NCBI GenBank assembly: GCA_016286575.1
Contig: JAEETB010000003.1
Coordinates: 406-64,405 of the forward strand
Reading direction: 5' to 3'
From: Prevotella sp.
Lineage (GTDB): Bacteria > Bacteroidota > Bacteroidia > Bacteroidales > Bacteroidaceae
DNA: 64,000 bases
Positions within the stretch are counted from its first letter, which is position 1. Every line of letters begins with the position of its first letter. Both the position numbers and the translations under genes were made by a program. Positions 10,462-20,776 of the stretch are shown here, piece after piece. The notes under the pieces were generated by a model, which ran no database searches, was not told the DNA's origin, and was given only the letters and a program-made list of their open reading frames with translations.

Positions 10462-11610
10462 TTATTTCTTTTGTTGTATCAAATATTCAAAAAGAGACAT
10501 CCATTCTTTCATAATGTACTCTTTATTATATCTTTGAACATTTCTTCTTGCTTTAGCTCCCATTTTCTTTCTTAACGAATCATTATCAATGAGATCACAG
10601 ATACGCTGAGCCATGACATTACTATTAAGATGCTCCACCAGAAATCCATCTTCACCGTCTTGAATAATATCTGAAGGGCCATAGGGACAATCAAAAGCTA
10701 CACATGGAACTCCACACGCCATTGCTTCAAGCAAAACCATGCCGAACCCTTCGTATCTTGAACTGAGAATACAAATACTGCTCTCCAAGTATTTCTCTTG
10801 AATATTAGTTGTTGTTCCTCTTAAAATAATAACAGAACTAAGCCCTTTTTGATTAATTGTTTTTTGAATAATCTCTTTTTCTTCTCCATCACCATAGATA
10901 TTCAGAATCCAGTCTGGATGTTTGGCATGAACAAGATTCCATGCATGAATAAGATATTTGTAGCCTTTTTGCTCACTCATCCTTGCAACAAAAATAGCTT
11001 GTTTGTTGTCGCATGTGCTTGCTGAGATTGGAGCAAATGGCAAAGGATTAGGAATAATATGTGTTTTAGTATATCCTTCCCAATTATTGGCATCATTTTT
11101 TGTCAGAAGAACAAGGGCGTTAAGCTTTTTACAATTTTTAGTAACTTTTCGCATCCATATCTTTGCAATCAAACTATGGATGGGACCTTTACTTTCTAAT
11201 AAGTGAAAATTGCGAATGAAAGGTTTTGCTATATGCGATTCTCCAATCTTAATGCTACCATCTTTAATATCCGTCAGAAAATCCATATTCCTACCTAAGG
11301 TCGTGATTACAATGTCTGGCTTTTCCGAATATAAAAAATCGCTTAATTCTTTCTTGTATTTCTTCATCAAATTGAAATAGAGAAAGATGCGAATGATAGG
11401 GTTATATTTGTACTCTTTTTCAAAGTCTATTGACAAGTCTTTGAGTTGAACTTTTGAGGATAGAGGATAGAATGTAGCTCTTTTATGCTGAGAGTCCGTT
11501 ACGATAGTAACGTCATAACCATATTCTGCCAAATAGTTGGCTTTTTCAATAACCACCCTATCTGCTCCACCTGCAATAGTAAACGACGAATATATATATA
11601 CGATTTTCAT
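10462..11610 (-). CDS. GT4 glycosyltransferase (AmsD-like)
   Basis: GGADRV, KANY and [30 protein letters not shown]. Confidence 0.92.
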   Translation of the reverse strand: MKIVYIYSSFTIAGGADRVVIEKANYLAEYGYDVTIVTDSQHKRATFYPLSSKVQLKDLSIDFEKEYKYNPIIRIFLYFNLMKKYKKELSDFLYSEKPDIVITTLGRNMDFLTDIKDGSIKIGESHIAKPFIRNFHLLESKGPIHSLIAKIWMRKVTKNCKKLNALVLLTKNDANNWEGYTKTHIIPNPLPFAPISASTCDNKQAIFVARMSEQKGYKYLIHAWNLVHAKHPDWILNIYGDGEEKEIIQKTINQKGLSSVIILRGTTTNIQEKYLESSICILSSRYEGFGMVLLEAMACGVPCVAFDCPYGPSDIIQDGEDGFLVEHLNSNVMAQRICDLIDNDSLRKKMGAKARRNVQRYNKEYIMKEWMSLFEYLIQQKK

Positions 11611-11628
11611 TCCTTTCGAAATTCGTTA

Positions 11629-11706
11629 CAAATATACAAAATTTGTCTGAAACCATCAAATTTTAATTCGAAAATTTGTACTTCTTCTGTTTATTTTATA
11701 TCTTTG
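11629..11706. promoter_or_regulatory. Divergent -7 promoter pair
   Basis: TATATTTG (minus, 11629-11636) and TATCTTTG (plus, 11699-11706). Confidence 0.72.
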
Positions 11707-11727
11707 TAGCAAAATTGCACACTAAAC

Positions 11728-12861
11728 ATGAGGGTTTTCTATATCTATCGCGCAATTGCTCATTATCGCGGAATGGAGCGTATCTTTGTGGATAAGATTA
11801 ACTATCTTGTTCAAATGTATGGTTTTGATGTCTGGCTTGTGACGGCAGATCAAGGAAATCATCCACTTTCATATCCGATAGATGAGAGGGCGCATTATGT
11901 TGATTTACACATCCGGTTTCATTCAGCTAGTAATTATATCATTTTTCGAAGGCCTTATGAAAAGATACGTTTACAGTTTTTGTTTGTTAAGAGACTGAGG
12001 AATCTGATAAAAGAACAAAAACCTGATATATTAATATGTAATACTGATGTGTTTACCAATCTGGTTATGATGTCAAAAGGAAAAATTCCTTTAATAGTTG
12101 AATCACATTCAATTTGTAGGCAAACAGGTAGAAGAGCTGGTGATTTACTGCATCGTAAAATCCTGAGATGGTATACATTTTGGAATTATCGTCATGCAAA
12201 TACACTTGTTGCATTGACAGAAGCCGATGCTCAGGAATGGAAAAAGTATAATAACCATGTATATGCTATTACAAATGTTGTTCATTTAAATCCTTTAGAT
12301 CGAGTAAGTTCTTTAGATAATAAACGAGTCATTTTTACATCCCGTTTTTCTTATCAAAAAGGTATTCCTTATCTTTTGGAAATTTGGAAGATTGTACATC
12401 ATCGACATCCGGACTGGCTGCTAGATATTTATGCTCAAGGAGAACTTCGGGATGAATATTTGCCAATAATCAAGCTGCTTGATATTAACATTCAGGTAAA
12501 TGATGGTACTCTAGATATTTTTAATCGATATTGCGATAGTTCCATATTCATCTTGACGTCTGTATATGAGCCTTTCGGACTTGTATTGCCAGAGGCAATG
12601 AGTTGTGGATTGCCTGTAGTTTCTTTTGATTGTGACTATGGACCACGGGAAATTATTACTGATGGTGTTGATGGTTATTTAGTACCTCTTGGTAATGTTG
12701 AAATGTTTGCAGATAGGATTTGTCAATTAATAGAGGATCCCCAACTTCGACATAAGATGGGAAATAATGGTATACTCTCTTCTAAGCGTTATTCTCCGGA
12801 TAATATTATGCCTCAATGGAAGTCGCTTTTTGAAAGAATTGTAACAGAACAAAAGTCATGA
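11728..12861 (+). CDS. GT4 glycosyltransferase (AmsD-like)
   Basis: GMERI, KINY and SVYEPFGLVLPEAMSCGLPVVSFDC. Confidence 0.92.
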   Translation: MRVFYIYRAIAHYRGMERIFVDKINYLVQMYGFDVWLVTADQGNHPLSYPIDERAHYVDLHIRFHSASNYIIFRRPYEKIRLQFLFVKRLRNLIKEQKPDILICNTDVFTNLVMMSKGKIPLIVESHSICRQTGRRAGDLLHRKILRWYTFWNYRHANTLVALTEADAQEWKKYNNHVYAITNVVHLNPLDRVSSLDNKRVIFTSRFSYQKGIPYLLEIWKIVHHRHPDWLLDIYAQGELRDEYLPIIKLLDINIQVNDGTLDIFNRYCDSSIFILTSVYEPFGLVLPEAMSCGLPVVSFDCDYGPREIITDGVDGYLVPLGNVEMFADRICQLIEDPQLRHKMGNNGILSSKRYSPDNIMPQWKSLFERIVTEQKS

Positions 12862-13982
12862 TATTAGTTTATGTTACTGATGCCTTCGCTGTATGGGGAG
12901 GAATGGAACGGGTTATATCTGAAAAAATTAATTATCTGGGTGAGACTTGTGGTTATCGAATAAATCTCATTACGATTAACCAGGGTAATCATCCACTATC
13001 TTTCAAGTTGAATCAACGTGTCTGCCATACAGATCTTCGAATCAGGATGCATCAACAATACCGCTATCATGGAATCAAACGCTTACTCATAAGAACGAAG
13101 TTGAAAGAACTACTTAAAAAACGATTGAAAGAAGTAGTTGAAGAGATAAAGCCTGATATAATCATTTGCATAAAGTTTGATTTCGTAGGTGTATTATTGA
13201 AAGTAAAAGGTAATGCTCGTCTGATTGTAGAATCCCATACTTTATACAGAGCTGAATACTTAGACGGTTCTGGATTGTTGCGTCGAATGCATATTCGTTC
13301 ATTTAAAAAGAGTATTGCAAAAACTGACGCAGTAGTGGCATTAACGGAAGGCGATGCGAACGACTGGCGCAAAATTAATCCTCATGTGTATGTGATACCT
13401 AATATTGTCCATCTGAGCGATAAGAAAAAGTCCTGCAGTAGTGATAAGAAATCCGTCATTTATGTAGGAAGGTTTTGCCATCAAAAGGATATTAGTTCAT
13501 TATTGGCCATATGGCAGATGGTGCAACTTAAACATCCAGATTGGATGTTGATGATATACGGTGAGGGAGAATTGAGGGATGAATATCTGCCAAAAATAGG
13601 ATCGATAGATTCTAATATTAGAGTATATAATCCAACTCTTGACATCATGTCAGAATACTTGCAGAATTCAATGTTACTCTTATCTTCACTATATGAGCCT
13701 TTCGGTTTGGTGCTTCCTGAAGCTATGAGCTGTGGCTTACCTGTGGTTGCTTTTGATTGTCCCTATGGTCCTGCGGATATTATTACTGATGGGGTTGATG
13801 GTTTTTTGATCAAGAATCGTGATATTCAAGCATTTGCAGATAGGGTGTGTCAACTGATAGAAGATGAGGAATTGAGATGTCGAATGGGACAGAATGGAAT
13901 CGTATCGTCTCAAAGATATCGTAAAGATGTTATCATGCCAAAATGGATTAGCTTGTTTGAGAAACTATTGTCCTCCCAATAA
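12858..13982 (+). CDS. GT4 glycosyltransferase (AmsD-like, tandem paralog)
   Basis: GGMERV and SLYEPFGLVLPEAMSCGLPVVAFDCPYGP. ATGA-coupled to the previous gene. Confidence 0.92.
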   Translation: MILVYVTDAFAVWGGMERVISEKINYLGETCGYRINLITINQGNHPLSFKLNQRVCHTDLRIRMHQQYRYHGIKRLLIRTKLKELLKKRLKEVVEEIKPDIIICIKFDFVGVLLKVKGNARLIVESHTLYRAEYLDGSGLLRRMHIRSFKKSIAKTDAVVALTEGDANDWRKINPHVYVIPNIVHLSDKKKSCSSDKKSVIYVGRFCHQKDISSLLAIWQMVQLKHPDWMLMIYGEGELRDEYLPKIGSIDSNIRVYNPTLDIMSEYLQNSMLLLSSLYEPFGLVLPEAMSCGLPVVAFDCPYGPADIITDGVDGFLIKNRDIQAFADRVCQLIEDEELRCRMGQNGIVSSQRYRKDVIMPKWISLFEKLLSSQ

Positions 13983-14976
13983 ATATTGGAGCTTTTTTTT
14001 TGCAGCACAGGATTAAGGGATAGATTATTAGAATGATAAGTATGGTTATTGGTAATGCTTCATACCAACTATAGCAGACACCATTCGTGTGAAGCAGAAT
14101 CTCAATGGCATAATTAACAACTGTCACAGCAACGATATGTAGTCCGACGATGATGAGGGTGCCAATGGAGATGTTCGTTACGATGGAATGCCTGATACCA
14201 TTGAGTACTTTGCAGCCATAAAGGATTCCAAAGAGGAAACCAATATTGGCTGGATAGAATAGGATGATGTGCAGCATGTGCTGATCTGAAAAGAAGGCAT
14301 CTAAATGCCAGGTGAAGAATAGAATGCTGGCAGAAAGACAGAAGATGCTGCAGATAAGGTCACGTTTCCAATTACAGTTTCTGAACAAACGATAGTGCCC
14401 AAAGAGATAGCCTATATAATAATAAGGTAGATTCCGCATCAGGCCCATGGGAGTCAGATTTGGGGCGAAGTACCAATATTTATTGGCTGCATAGAGCACG
14501 AATGAAATCACGCAAAGTGAAATCATAATCACATGCTGATGCTTTGTTTTTCGGCACAAATCAATCGTAATGTGCATAATGAGTATAGCTGGCAGATACC
14601 ACAATGGGCCGTTTAGTGGTTCGCAAAATGAGTTTTCATGTTCAAAGAAGAGTGCCCCTAAAAGTGGTTTCATCGCATGGAAGAAATCGGGTAGGGCACC
14701 GTTGCTGAGGTAATATTTCAGAATCCAATACGGGTAAACGATTATATTATATAATATATAAGGTATAACCAGCCCGTGTAAATATTTATTCCAATTCTCT
14801 TTGTCGCTACCTCGATCTTTTTTCAAATATCCGGATATGAAAAAGAATATGACCATCGTCAGAGCCTGCAGATAACGATAGTAGAACCACTCTTGGGATT
14901 GCGGCAGGTGACAGAACACCACGCTACAAACTGCCAGTGCCTTCGCCCAGTCTATCCAGTTGATTCGCTCTTTCAT
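13948..14976 (-). CDS. Acyltransferase-3 family membrane protein
   Basis: RINWIDWAK...VVFCH, FFFISGY, PLWYL; multiple hydrophobic segments. Confidence 0.88.
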   Translation of the reverse strand: MKERINWIDWAKALAVCSVVFCHLPQSQEWFYYRYLQALTMVIFFFISGYLKKDRGSDKENWNKYLHGLVIPYILYNIIVYPYWILKYYLSNGALPDFFHAMKPLLGALFFEHENSFCEPLNGPLWYLPAILIMHITIDLCRKTKHQHVIMISLCVISFVLYAANKYWYFAPNLTPMGLMRNLPYYYIGYLFGHYRLFRNCNWKRDLICSIFCLSASILFFTWHLDAFFSDQHMLHIILFYPANIGFLFGILYGCKVLNGIRHSIVTNISIGTLIIVGLHIVAVTVVNYAIEILLHTNGVCYSWYEALPITILIILIIYPLILCCKKKAPIFIGRTIVSQTS

Positions 14977-14980
14977 GATG

Positions 14981-15038
14981 CAAAAATACGGAATTCTTCA
15001 GAATAATCAAACAAATTCCGATTTTTTCTGTAATTTTG
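14981..15038. promoter_or_regulatory. Divergent -7 promoter pair with very short leaders
   Basis: TATTTTTG (minus) 4 nt before the ATG at 14976; TAATTTTG (plus) 8 nt before the ATG at 15047. Confidence 0.75.
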
Positions 15039-15046
15039 CAATCGAA

Positions 15047-16057
15047 ATGGCTCGACAACGAATAGAATATATCGATGCGATGCGAGGATTTACGATGATT
15101 CTCGTGGTGTTTGCGCATGTCTGCCATTTCTGTTTGGGAGATTCAAAGATGGGGTATAATGCCGTTTTTATTCTCTTTCGCCTGCCATGTTTCTTTATGA
15201 TTAGCGGTTGGCTGTTTGAGTCTGTGGCTCAGCGTCCTTTCTTGGAAAATGTTCGCCATAAGTTTATGGTGCAGATCATACCAACATTCATCTTCTTGCT
15301 ATTATTGGCACCTCCGCCAGAGTTCTTCCATCAGTTGGGGACATTGAAAGGCGGTTATTGGTTCACATTTGCGCTTTTTGAATATTTTATTCTCTATATG
15401 ATCATCGTCCGCATTAGTCGGAAATGGTCTTTCGTGATGGCAATTGCTATCACGTTGGGTACCTTTATTTACGCCAGATATTATGATAGCATCCGTTCTT
15501 CGGCAGTAGGATGGCAGTTGTGTGCGATAGATTTCTCTGGTTTTCTGAGTATCACGACTTGGCGACTTTTCCTGTTTTTCTATATCGGAGCTTGGATGCG
15601 TCGACATTTCGATGAGTTTATTCGATGGACGAAGAAGCCTGTCATTATTCTGCTTATTACGATGGCCTTTTTCCTAATAGCCTCCACGTCCCATAGAGAT
15701 AACATGTGGTTTGAAATGTTCAGGTACTATGCAGGGGGCATCACGGGTATGTGGATGGTGTTCACTTGCTTCCGCCTATCTGATTCATGGCTAAAGAAGC
15801 TCCATATTTCCAAACCTCTCCAGTATGTCGGAACTCGAACACTTGATATATATCTGCTGCATTTCTTCTTTCTGCCTCGTTTCCTGATGGCATATTCTGA
15901 CCAATTGAAAGACTTTGATAGTCATTTCACTGAGTTCTTGGTGATACTTGCTGTCTCACTTATTATATTGATATTTTGCCTGTTAGCAAGTTACATCATT
16001 CGCTTGAGTCCCTTCTTGGGCCATTATCTCTTTGGCGTCAAATATACAATGAACTGA
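15047..16057 (+). CDS. Acyltransferase-3 family membrane protein
   Basis: RIEYIDAMRG...VVFAH, FRLPCFFMISG, GYWF and GTRTLDIYLLHFF. Start reassigned to 15047. Confidence 0.9.
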   Translation: MARQRIEYIDAMRGFTMILVVFAHVCHFCLGDSKMGYNAVFILFRLPCFFMISGWLFESVAQRPFLENVRHKFMVQIIPTFIFLLLLAPPPEFFHQLGTLKGGYWFTFALFEYFILYMIIVRISRKWSFVMAIAITLGTFIYARYYDSIRSSAVGWQLCAIDFSGFLSITTWRLFLFFYIGAWMRRHFDEFIRWTKKPVIILLITMAFFLIASTSHRDNMWFEMFRYYAGGITGMWMVFTCFRLSDSWLKKLHISKPLQYVGTRTLDIYLLHFFFLPRFLMAYSDQLKDFDSHFTEFLVILAVSLIILIFCLLASYIIRLSPFLGHYLFGVKYTMN

Positions 16058-16101
16058 GACAACGGACAATTATGTATGACATTTTTTAGTTTCAAATTAT
16101 A

Positions 16102-17046
16102 TCACAGTTTTATTCTTCCAATTAAGGGTGGACACCACTTCTCTAACCACAGAATAGGATAATAGCATATTGGTAATACAAATAATGGTAATAAGTCGTG
16201 TAAGAACGTAGGGAATATAAAATCCAAAGTCTTCATGATGGGTATATGTAACCCCAGAACTAGGAGAGTACCTTTGGATATTGTAGTAATAAACTTGTTT
16301 TGTGGAATATTATTTGCTATTCTGAATACAAACAACGTAGATATTGATGCATTAATGAAAAATACAATATAAGATAGCCCGAACTGGTTGCTGTTAATTG
16401 AGGTGCTACCATTAAACAATGGCAATAGAATAAATAAACATCCTAATATCAGCATGACTGGATAATTATGGTTTTGTATTTGAATCTTATGATCTTTTAA
16501 TAGGAAACCTAAACAAAAAAATGGCATTGAAGGAATCATCCTTCCAATATACCATCCTCTGAAAAGAGAATCAATACTCACAAGAGAAGATTCAAAAGAC
16601 ATATATGTGATCGTAATTATAGCGATTGGAATATAATAACTTCGAAGAAATCCCATGAACTTAATGTCCCCATAAAAGAATCTCAGACCTAGTAAAGCCC
16701 ACAAGAACCAATCACCCACATAGAAACCATCCCCTAAACCATAGCGATAATGTAGAAAACGTCCCACCGTTTCCTTTGTATATAATTGTTCTATGGATAT
16801 TTCCTGTAATACTATAAGAACAAATAAGTTAATTATTGAGTAAAAAACGACGGGAATACCAAAGGAAAGAACAGTCTTGTACCATTTTCTTGGTTTGTAC
16901 AAATAACCCGAAATTACAAATAATGCAGGCATGTGAAATGAATAGATATATAATAGTATGGTTTCATTTGAAGTCCAGTGCCCAACGACCATTAGGAATA
17001 TGCAAATGAATTTAGCTGAATCTAAATATACTATTCTATTTCCCAT
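16102..17046 (-). CDS. Acyltransferase-3 family membrane protein
   Basis: RIVYLDSAK...VVGH, YSFHMPALFVISGY and WFL. Confidence 0.9.
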   Translation of the reverse strand: MGNRIVYLDSAKFICIFLMVVGHWTSNETILLYIYSFHMPALFVISGYLYKPRKWYKTVLSFGIPVVFYSIINLFVLIVLQEISIEQLYTKETVGRFLHYRYGLGDGFYVGDWFLWALLGLRFFYGDIKFMGFLRSYYIPIAIITITYMSFESSLVSIDSLFRGWYIGRMIPSMPFFCLGFLLKDHKIQIQNHNYPVMLILGCLFILLPLFNGSTSINSNQFGLSYIVFFINASISTLFVFRIANNIPQNKFITTISKGTLLVLGLHIPIMKTLDFIFPTFLHDLLPLFVLPICYYPILWLEKWCPPLIGRIKL

Positions 17047-17068
17047 ATGTTATATGCCCCTCAATATG

Positions 17069-18208
17069 TTAGTATGCTGTAGCTAACCATTCGGATAGGA
17101 AGAAATCGTAGACTCGATACCCATTGCCTGTCTGAGTAATTAAGTCATTCTTTATTAGTAACTTCACTGCAGCCTGGACAGAACTGGCAGAACTCAGATT
17201 GTATTTCTTGATGAATTTCGAGGAAGTAATGTTCTGGGCTAGGCCTTCTTTTGCAATAGCTTGCAAGACAATCTTCTGCTTGGGAGGCAGCTGCGACATT
17301 AAATCCTTGTAACTACTTTCTTGGGACATGATAACATTACGATGCGCTTCATTGATCATATCGAGAGTGCATGTCTCGTTTGGCTTAGTCAAGGCAAAAA
17401 GCTCATTCATCATCATCTGTACAAACCAAGTGTATCCATTGAACATATTCCAAACTGCCTGAACAACTTCACGTTCAACATGCTTATCTCTTTCTTCGAA
17501 GAGTCCCATGGCAAATTCAGCATAGACATCCACTGGGATTGGCTCAAGTCCCATACTGATAGCACTTTGATAGAATGGTTTTGAGGGTGAGTTGAACATG
17601 TTGCTCATCATGTGTCGCTTGCTGCCTGCGAAGATGAACTGGGCGCGATGGCATTTCTGAATCTTCGTGCGTAGCAGAGCTTCCACATTCCTTTCTGCAT
17701 ATTCGCCAATCTGCTGAAATTCGTCAATGGCTATGATGCATGGCTTATCAGCCTCTTCGATATAGGCGAAGATCTCGTCAAGCGTAGTTTGGGGAGTTTG
17801 GATATCACCTAGGCCTAGATCGAAAGATGGATTTCCTGTGACAGAATGCAGTTTGAACCCTACCCGGAAAGAAGAGATAATCTGGAAGAATCTTTCTTTC
17901 CATACTGTAGACTGGGGTTTCAGCTGCTCGTAGATCTCCTTACCTATTATATACACGAATTCTGCAAAAGATGTAGTCGCATAGATATCTACGAAGAACG
18001 AGTAATATTGATCTTTTATATCTGACTGATTGAAGAAGTGTTGAATCAACCCAGACTTTCCAATACGACGTGGCGAGATTAACGCCACATCGCGTCCATT
18101 AAGAATCTGCTTGCGCAAGAATTCCGTTTCCTCAGCCCTGTTGCAGAAATATCTGTCTGACAGGTATTTACCAACGATAAATGGATTGTTGATGTTCATT
18201 ATCTCCAT
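17069..18208 (-). CDS. AAA ATPase (archaeal-ATPase-like) with probable C-terminal winged helix
   Basis: NPF start, Walker A SPRRIGKS, Walker B IAIDEFQ, FAGS and a C-terminal YRVYDFFL. Confidence 0.85.
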   Translation of the reverse strand: MEIMNINNPFIVGKYLSDRYFCNRAEETEFLRKQILNGRDVALISPRRIGKSGLIQHFFNQSDIKDQYYSFFVDIYATTSFAEFVYIIGKEIYEQLKPQSTVWKERFFQIISSFRVGFKLHSVTGNPSFDLGLGDIQTPQTTLDEIFAYIEEADKPCIIAIDEFQQIGEYAERNVEALLRTKIQKCHRAQFIFAGSKRHMMSNMFNSPSKPFYQSAISMGLEPIPVDVYAEFAMGLFEERDKHVEREVVQAVWNMFNGYTWFVQMMMNELFALTKPNETCTLDMINEAHRNVIMSQESSYKDLMSQLPPKQKIVLQAIAKEGLAQNITSSKFIKKYNLSSASSVQAAVKLLIKNDLITQTGNGYRVYDFFLSEWLATAY

Positions 18209-18289
18209 ACATGCAAATTTTTATTGCAAATATAATAATTATATTCGTAATAATTGGAAGTCAACTTCTATTTTTGGAATAATTTAACG

Positions 18290-18316
18290 TTACAAATAGA
18301 TAATCACAAAGAACGA
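18290..18316 (-). repeat. Duplicated 3' end of the ubiA-family gene (direct repeat of 20777-20803)
   Basis: ttacaaatagataatcacaaagaacga vs ttacaaatagattatcacgaagaacga, 25/27 identical. Both read SFFVIIYL* on the minus strand. Confidence 0.9.
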
Positions 18317-18451
18317 GGGACCAGCTACTAATGATGTTTATTATTTGAAGCCAAATTTGGGACGTCTGTCAAGTCTTATTCCTTTTTTTTCATAAAACCC
18401 TTGTTTTTTTACTTTTTTTTCCTATCTTTGCACTCAGAAATAGCATAATAG

Positions 18452-19387
18452 ATGAAGAAACTTGTTTCTATATTAGTTCCATGCTTCAATGAAGAAGCTT
18501 CCCTTCCGAGGCTATATGATGAAGTGAAAAAAATAATGGATTTATTGGCAAACTACGAGTGGGAATTGTTTTTTGTCAATGATGGTAGTACTGACCATAC
18601 CTTGAGTGTCATATCAGATATATACGTGAAGGATCCCCGTATATCTTATTTGGATTTGGCCAGAAATTTTGGTAAAGAAAAAGCAATGTTGGCTGGTTTT
18701 GACTATATTAAAGGTGATTGCGCCATTATATTGGATGCAGATTTGCAAGATCCTCCATCATTGATACCTGATATGTTATCTTATTGGGAAGAGGGATATC
18801 ATGACGTTTATGCAAAAAGAAATAATCGTGGAAAAGAAAGTTGGTTGCGCAATAAACTATCCTTACTATTCTATTATATACTTGATAAATCAACACGATA
18901 TGAGGTATTAAAAAACGTAGGTGATTTCCGATTGCTTGACCGTAAATGTATTGATGCATTAAAACAATTACGAGAAAATGAGCGATATACCAAAGGTCTT
19001 TTCTGCTGGATTGGCTTTAAAAAGAAAGAGATAATATTTGATCGAGGCGATCGTGTAGCTGGTCAATCAAATTGGGGATACAAGGCATTATTTAACCTTG
19101 CAGTTGAAGGCATTACTAGTTTTACTACAGCCCCACTTCGTATAGCAACATTAATTGGTCTTCTTGTTGCTGTGTGGGCATTATGTTATATGGCATGGAT
19201 TATTCTAAAGGTGTTGGTTTGGGGAGATCCTGTCGCAGGTTATCCAACTATTATGACAGTTATGTTGTTCCTTGGTGCTATTCAGTTGATTGCTATTGGT
19301 ATTTTGGGAGAATATGTTGCTCGCATTTTTAATGAAACAAAGAATCGCCCAACATACCTAATCAATGAATATAAGGAAAGAAGATAG
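18452..19387 (+). CDS. GtrB-like polyprenyl-phosphate glycosyltransferase (GT2)
   Basis: VPCFNEE, VNDGSTD, ARNFGKEKA, LDADLQDPP, GDFRLLD, two C-terminal TMs and GEYVARIF...RP. Confidence 0.92.
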   Translation: MKKLVSILVPCFNEEASLPRLYDEVKKIMDLLANYEWELFFVNDGSTDHTLSVISDIYVKDPRISYLDLARNFGKEKAMLAGFDYIKGDCAIILDADLQDPPSLIPDMLSYWEEGYHDVYAKRNNRGKESWLRNKLSLLFYYILDKSTRYEVLKNVGDFRLLDRKCIDALKQLRENERYTKGLFCWIGFKKKEIIFDRGDRVAGQSNWGYKALFNLAVEGITSFTTAPLRIATLIGLLVAVWALCYMAWIILKVLVWGDPVAGYPTIMTVMLFLGAIQLIAIGILGEYVARIFNETKNRPTYLINEYKERR

Positions 19388-19391
19388 TTAA

Positions 19392-20726
19392 TCACTCTCT
19401 CTCAATAACCATTTCTTTGCCCATAGTAAAAGAAATATAATCACGCTCAACTCCATCATCAAGCCTTTTTACATAAGAATTAATGGGCTTTGGTATTTTT
19501 ATTTCACTATATCGTGTAAAACCTTTAGGTGAATCGATATATGATTGTAACATTTCACGATATTCTTTGTTGACCAGGCATGTATAGTACGCAGTGATTG
19601 GGATATGCAGAATAGCAATTGATAATACAATAGAACAAATTATTCTATTCCTTTCTTTCCATAATCTGCATAACATAAACAATTCTATTGATAATAATAG
19701 AGATACCAATTCTAATGGAAATTCTATTCTTTGACTATAATTGGGTAAGGCTAAAACAAAACAGAAATCCAATATAATAAAACATATCTCAAGTATTCTC
19801 TTTCTTAGATATTCTTTGAAAAGCATTTTATTAGTAAAGAACAAAAGTATAATGGCAAGTGTAAAAAGATATAGGCGCTTAGAATATAATAGGACATTCT
19901 GTTTAATTGAGAGATAATCTGATAATGAAATACCAGATGCCGAATTAGCTCCTCTTCCTATTGTTCCTGGTGCAAAAATGATAGATGACGTACCCAACCA
20001 TACTCCTACTGACATTATTAAGATTGAAATATTGGCCTGTTTCCGATGAATTAGTAGATAAAGAAACAATACGCCACTTAGGGGTAAAGAAAAACCTTCG
20101 TGCATTGAACCTAAAAGCAACGAATAGAAGAAAATGCAAATAATCTTAAAAATGTTGATTCCGTTATCCTGTCTATGTTTATCAAATAAAATAAAGAACC
20201 AGATAAGGCCAGTAGAAGGCCAAAGATAATTGACAGAAAAGGATATACTATAATAAAAAATATGTTGAATAGGGATCCCTAACCATAACAATGATAAAGC
20301 AGTTAGAGCACCTGTGGATGAGCTTATTTTTAAGAAACGAATACTTCCGATCAAAAACAACAGGTATATTAACGTATTAATTATATTGAAAATTGGCTTA
20401 CCAATAAAACCACAGAAACTCTGCACAAGATAATGAACAATAAAGCGTCCATTCATCACTTTATAGTGATTAATCTGCGACATAAATGCTTCCGAAAAGT
20501 TTTCGACTCGATGGTTCAAATCAATGGGTTCTCTCATTCCATCAGTTCTTTCGCCAATCCATTGATACTGATAAATTAAATCATCACATCTCAGAGGCGT
20601 TGACGAATTCATTATATAAAATGATATACAAAGATATAGTAATGCAATACAGACATAAGTTATATGATGGAAATGTCCATTAGCTCCATTAAATTCTCTA
20701 CTTTTATACGTGCAAGTAAAATACAT
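19392..20726 (-). CDS. Multi-TM protein, DUF6056 / GT-C (GtrII-like) candidate
   Basis: PLRCDDLIY, NGRF, SVNYLW, HE and APG motifs; many TMs; convergent with gtrB. Confidence 0.7.
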   Translation of the reverse strand: MYFTCTYKSREFNGANGHFHHITYVCIALLYLCISFYIMNSSTPLRCDDLIYQYQWIGERTDGMREPIDLNHRVENFSEAFMSQINHYKVMNGRFIVHYLVQSFCGFIGKPIFNIINTLIYLLFLIGSIRFLKISSSTGALTALSLLWLGIPIQHIFYYSISFSVNYLWPSTGLIWFFILFDKHRQDNGINIFKIICIFFYSLLLGSMHEGFSLPLSGVLFLYLLIHRKQANISILIMSVGVWLGTSSIIFAPGTIGRGANSASGISLSDYLSIKQNVLLYSKRLYLFTLAIILLFFTNKMLFKEYLRKRILEICFIILDFCFVLALPNYSQRIEFPLELVSLLLSIELFMLCRLWKERNRIICSIVLSIAILHIPITAYYTCLVNKEYREMLQSYIDSPKGFTRYSEIKIPKPINSYVKRLDDGVERDYISFTMGKEMVIERE

Positions 20727-20776
20727 ACTATAAAATAATTCTTTATATTTCTGTCAACAAACTATTCATATGCGAA

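Noticed and set aside
11590-11600. (TA)n tract near a GT4 start, and a T9 run near 13993
   Set aside because: Short tracts are expected in AT-rich genes; no evidence of phase variation.
17069-18208. AAA ATPase as an anti-phage defence system
   Set aside because: No effector domain or partner gene is visible; this family is commonly scattered in such genomes.
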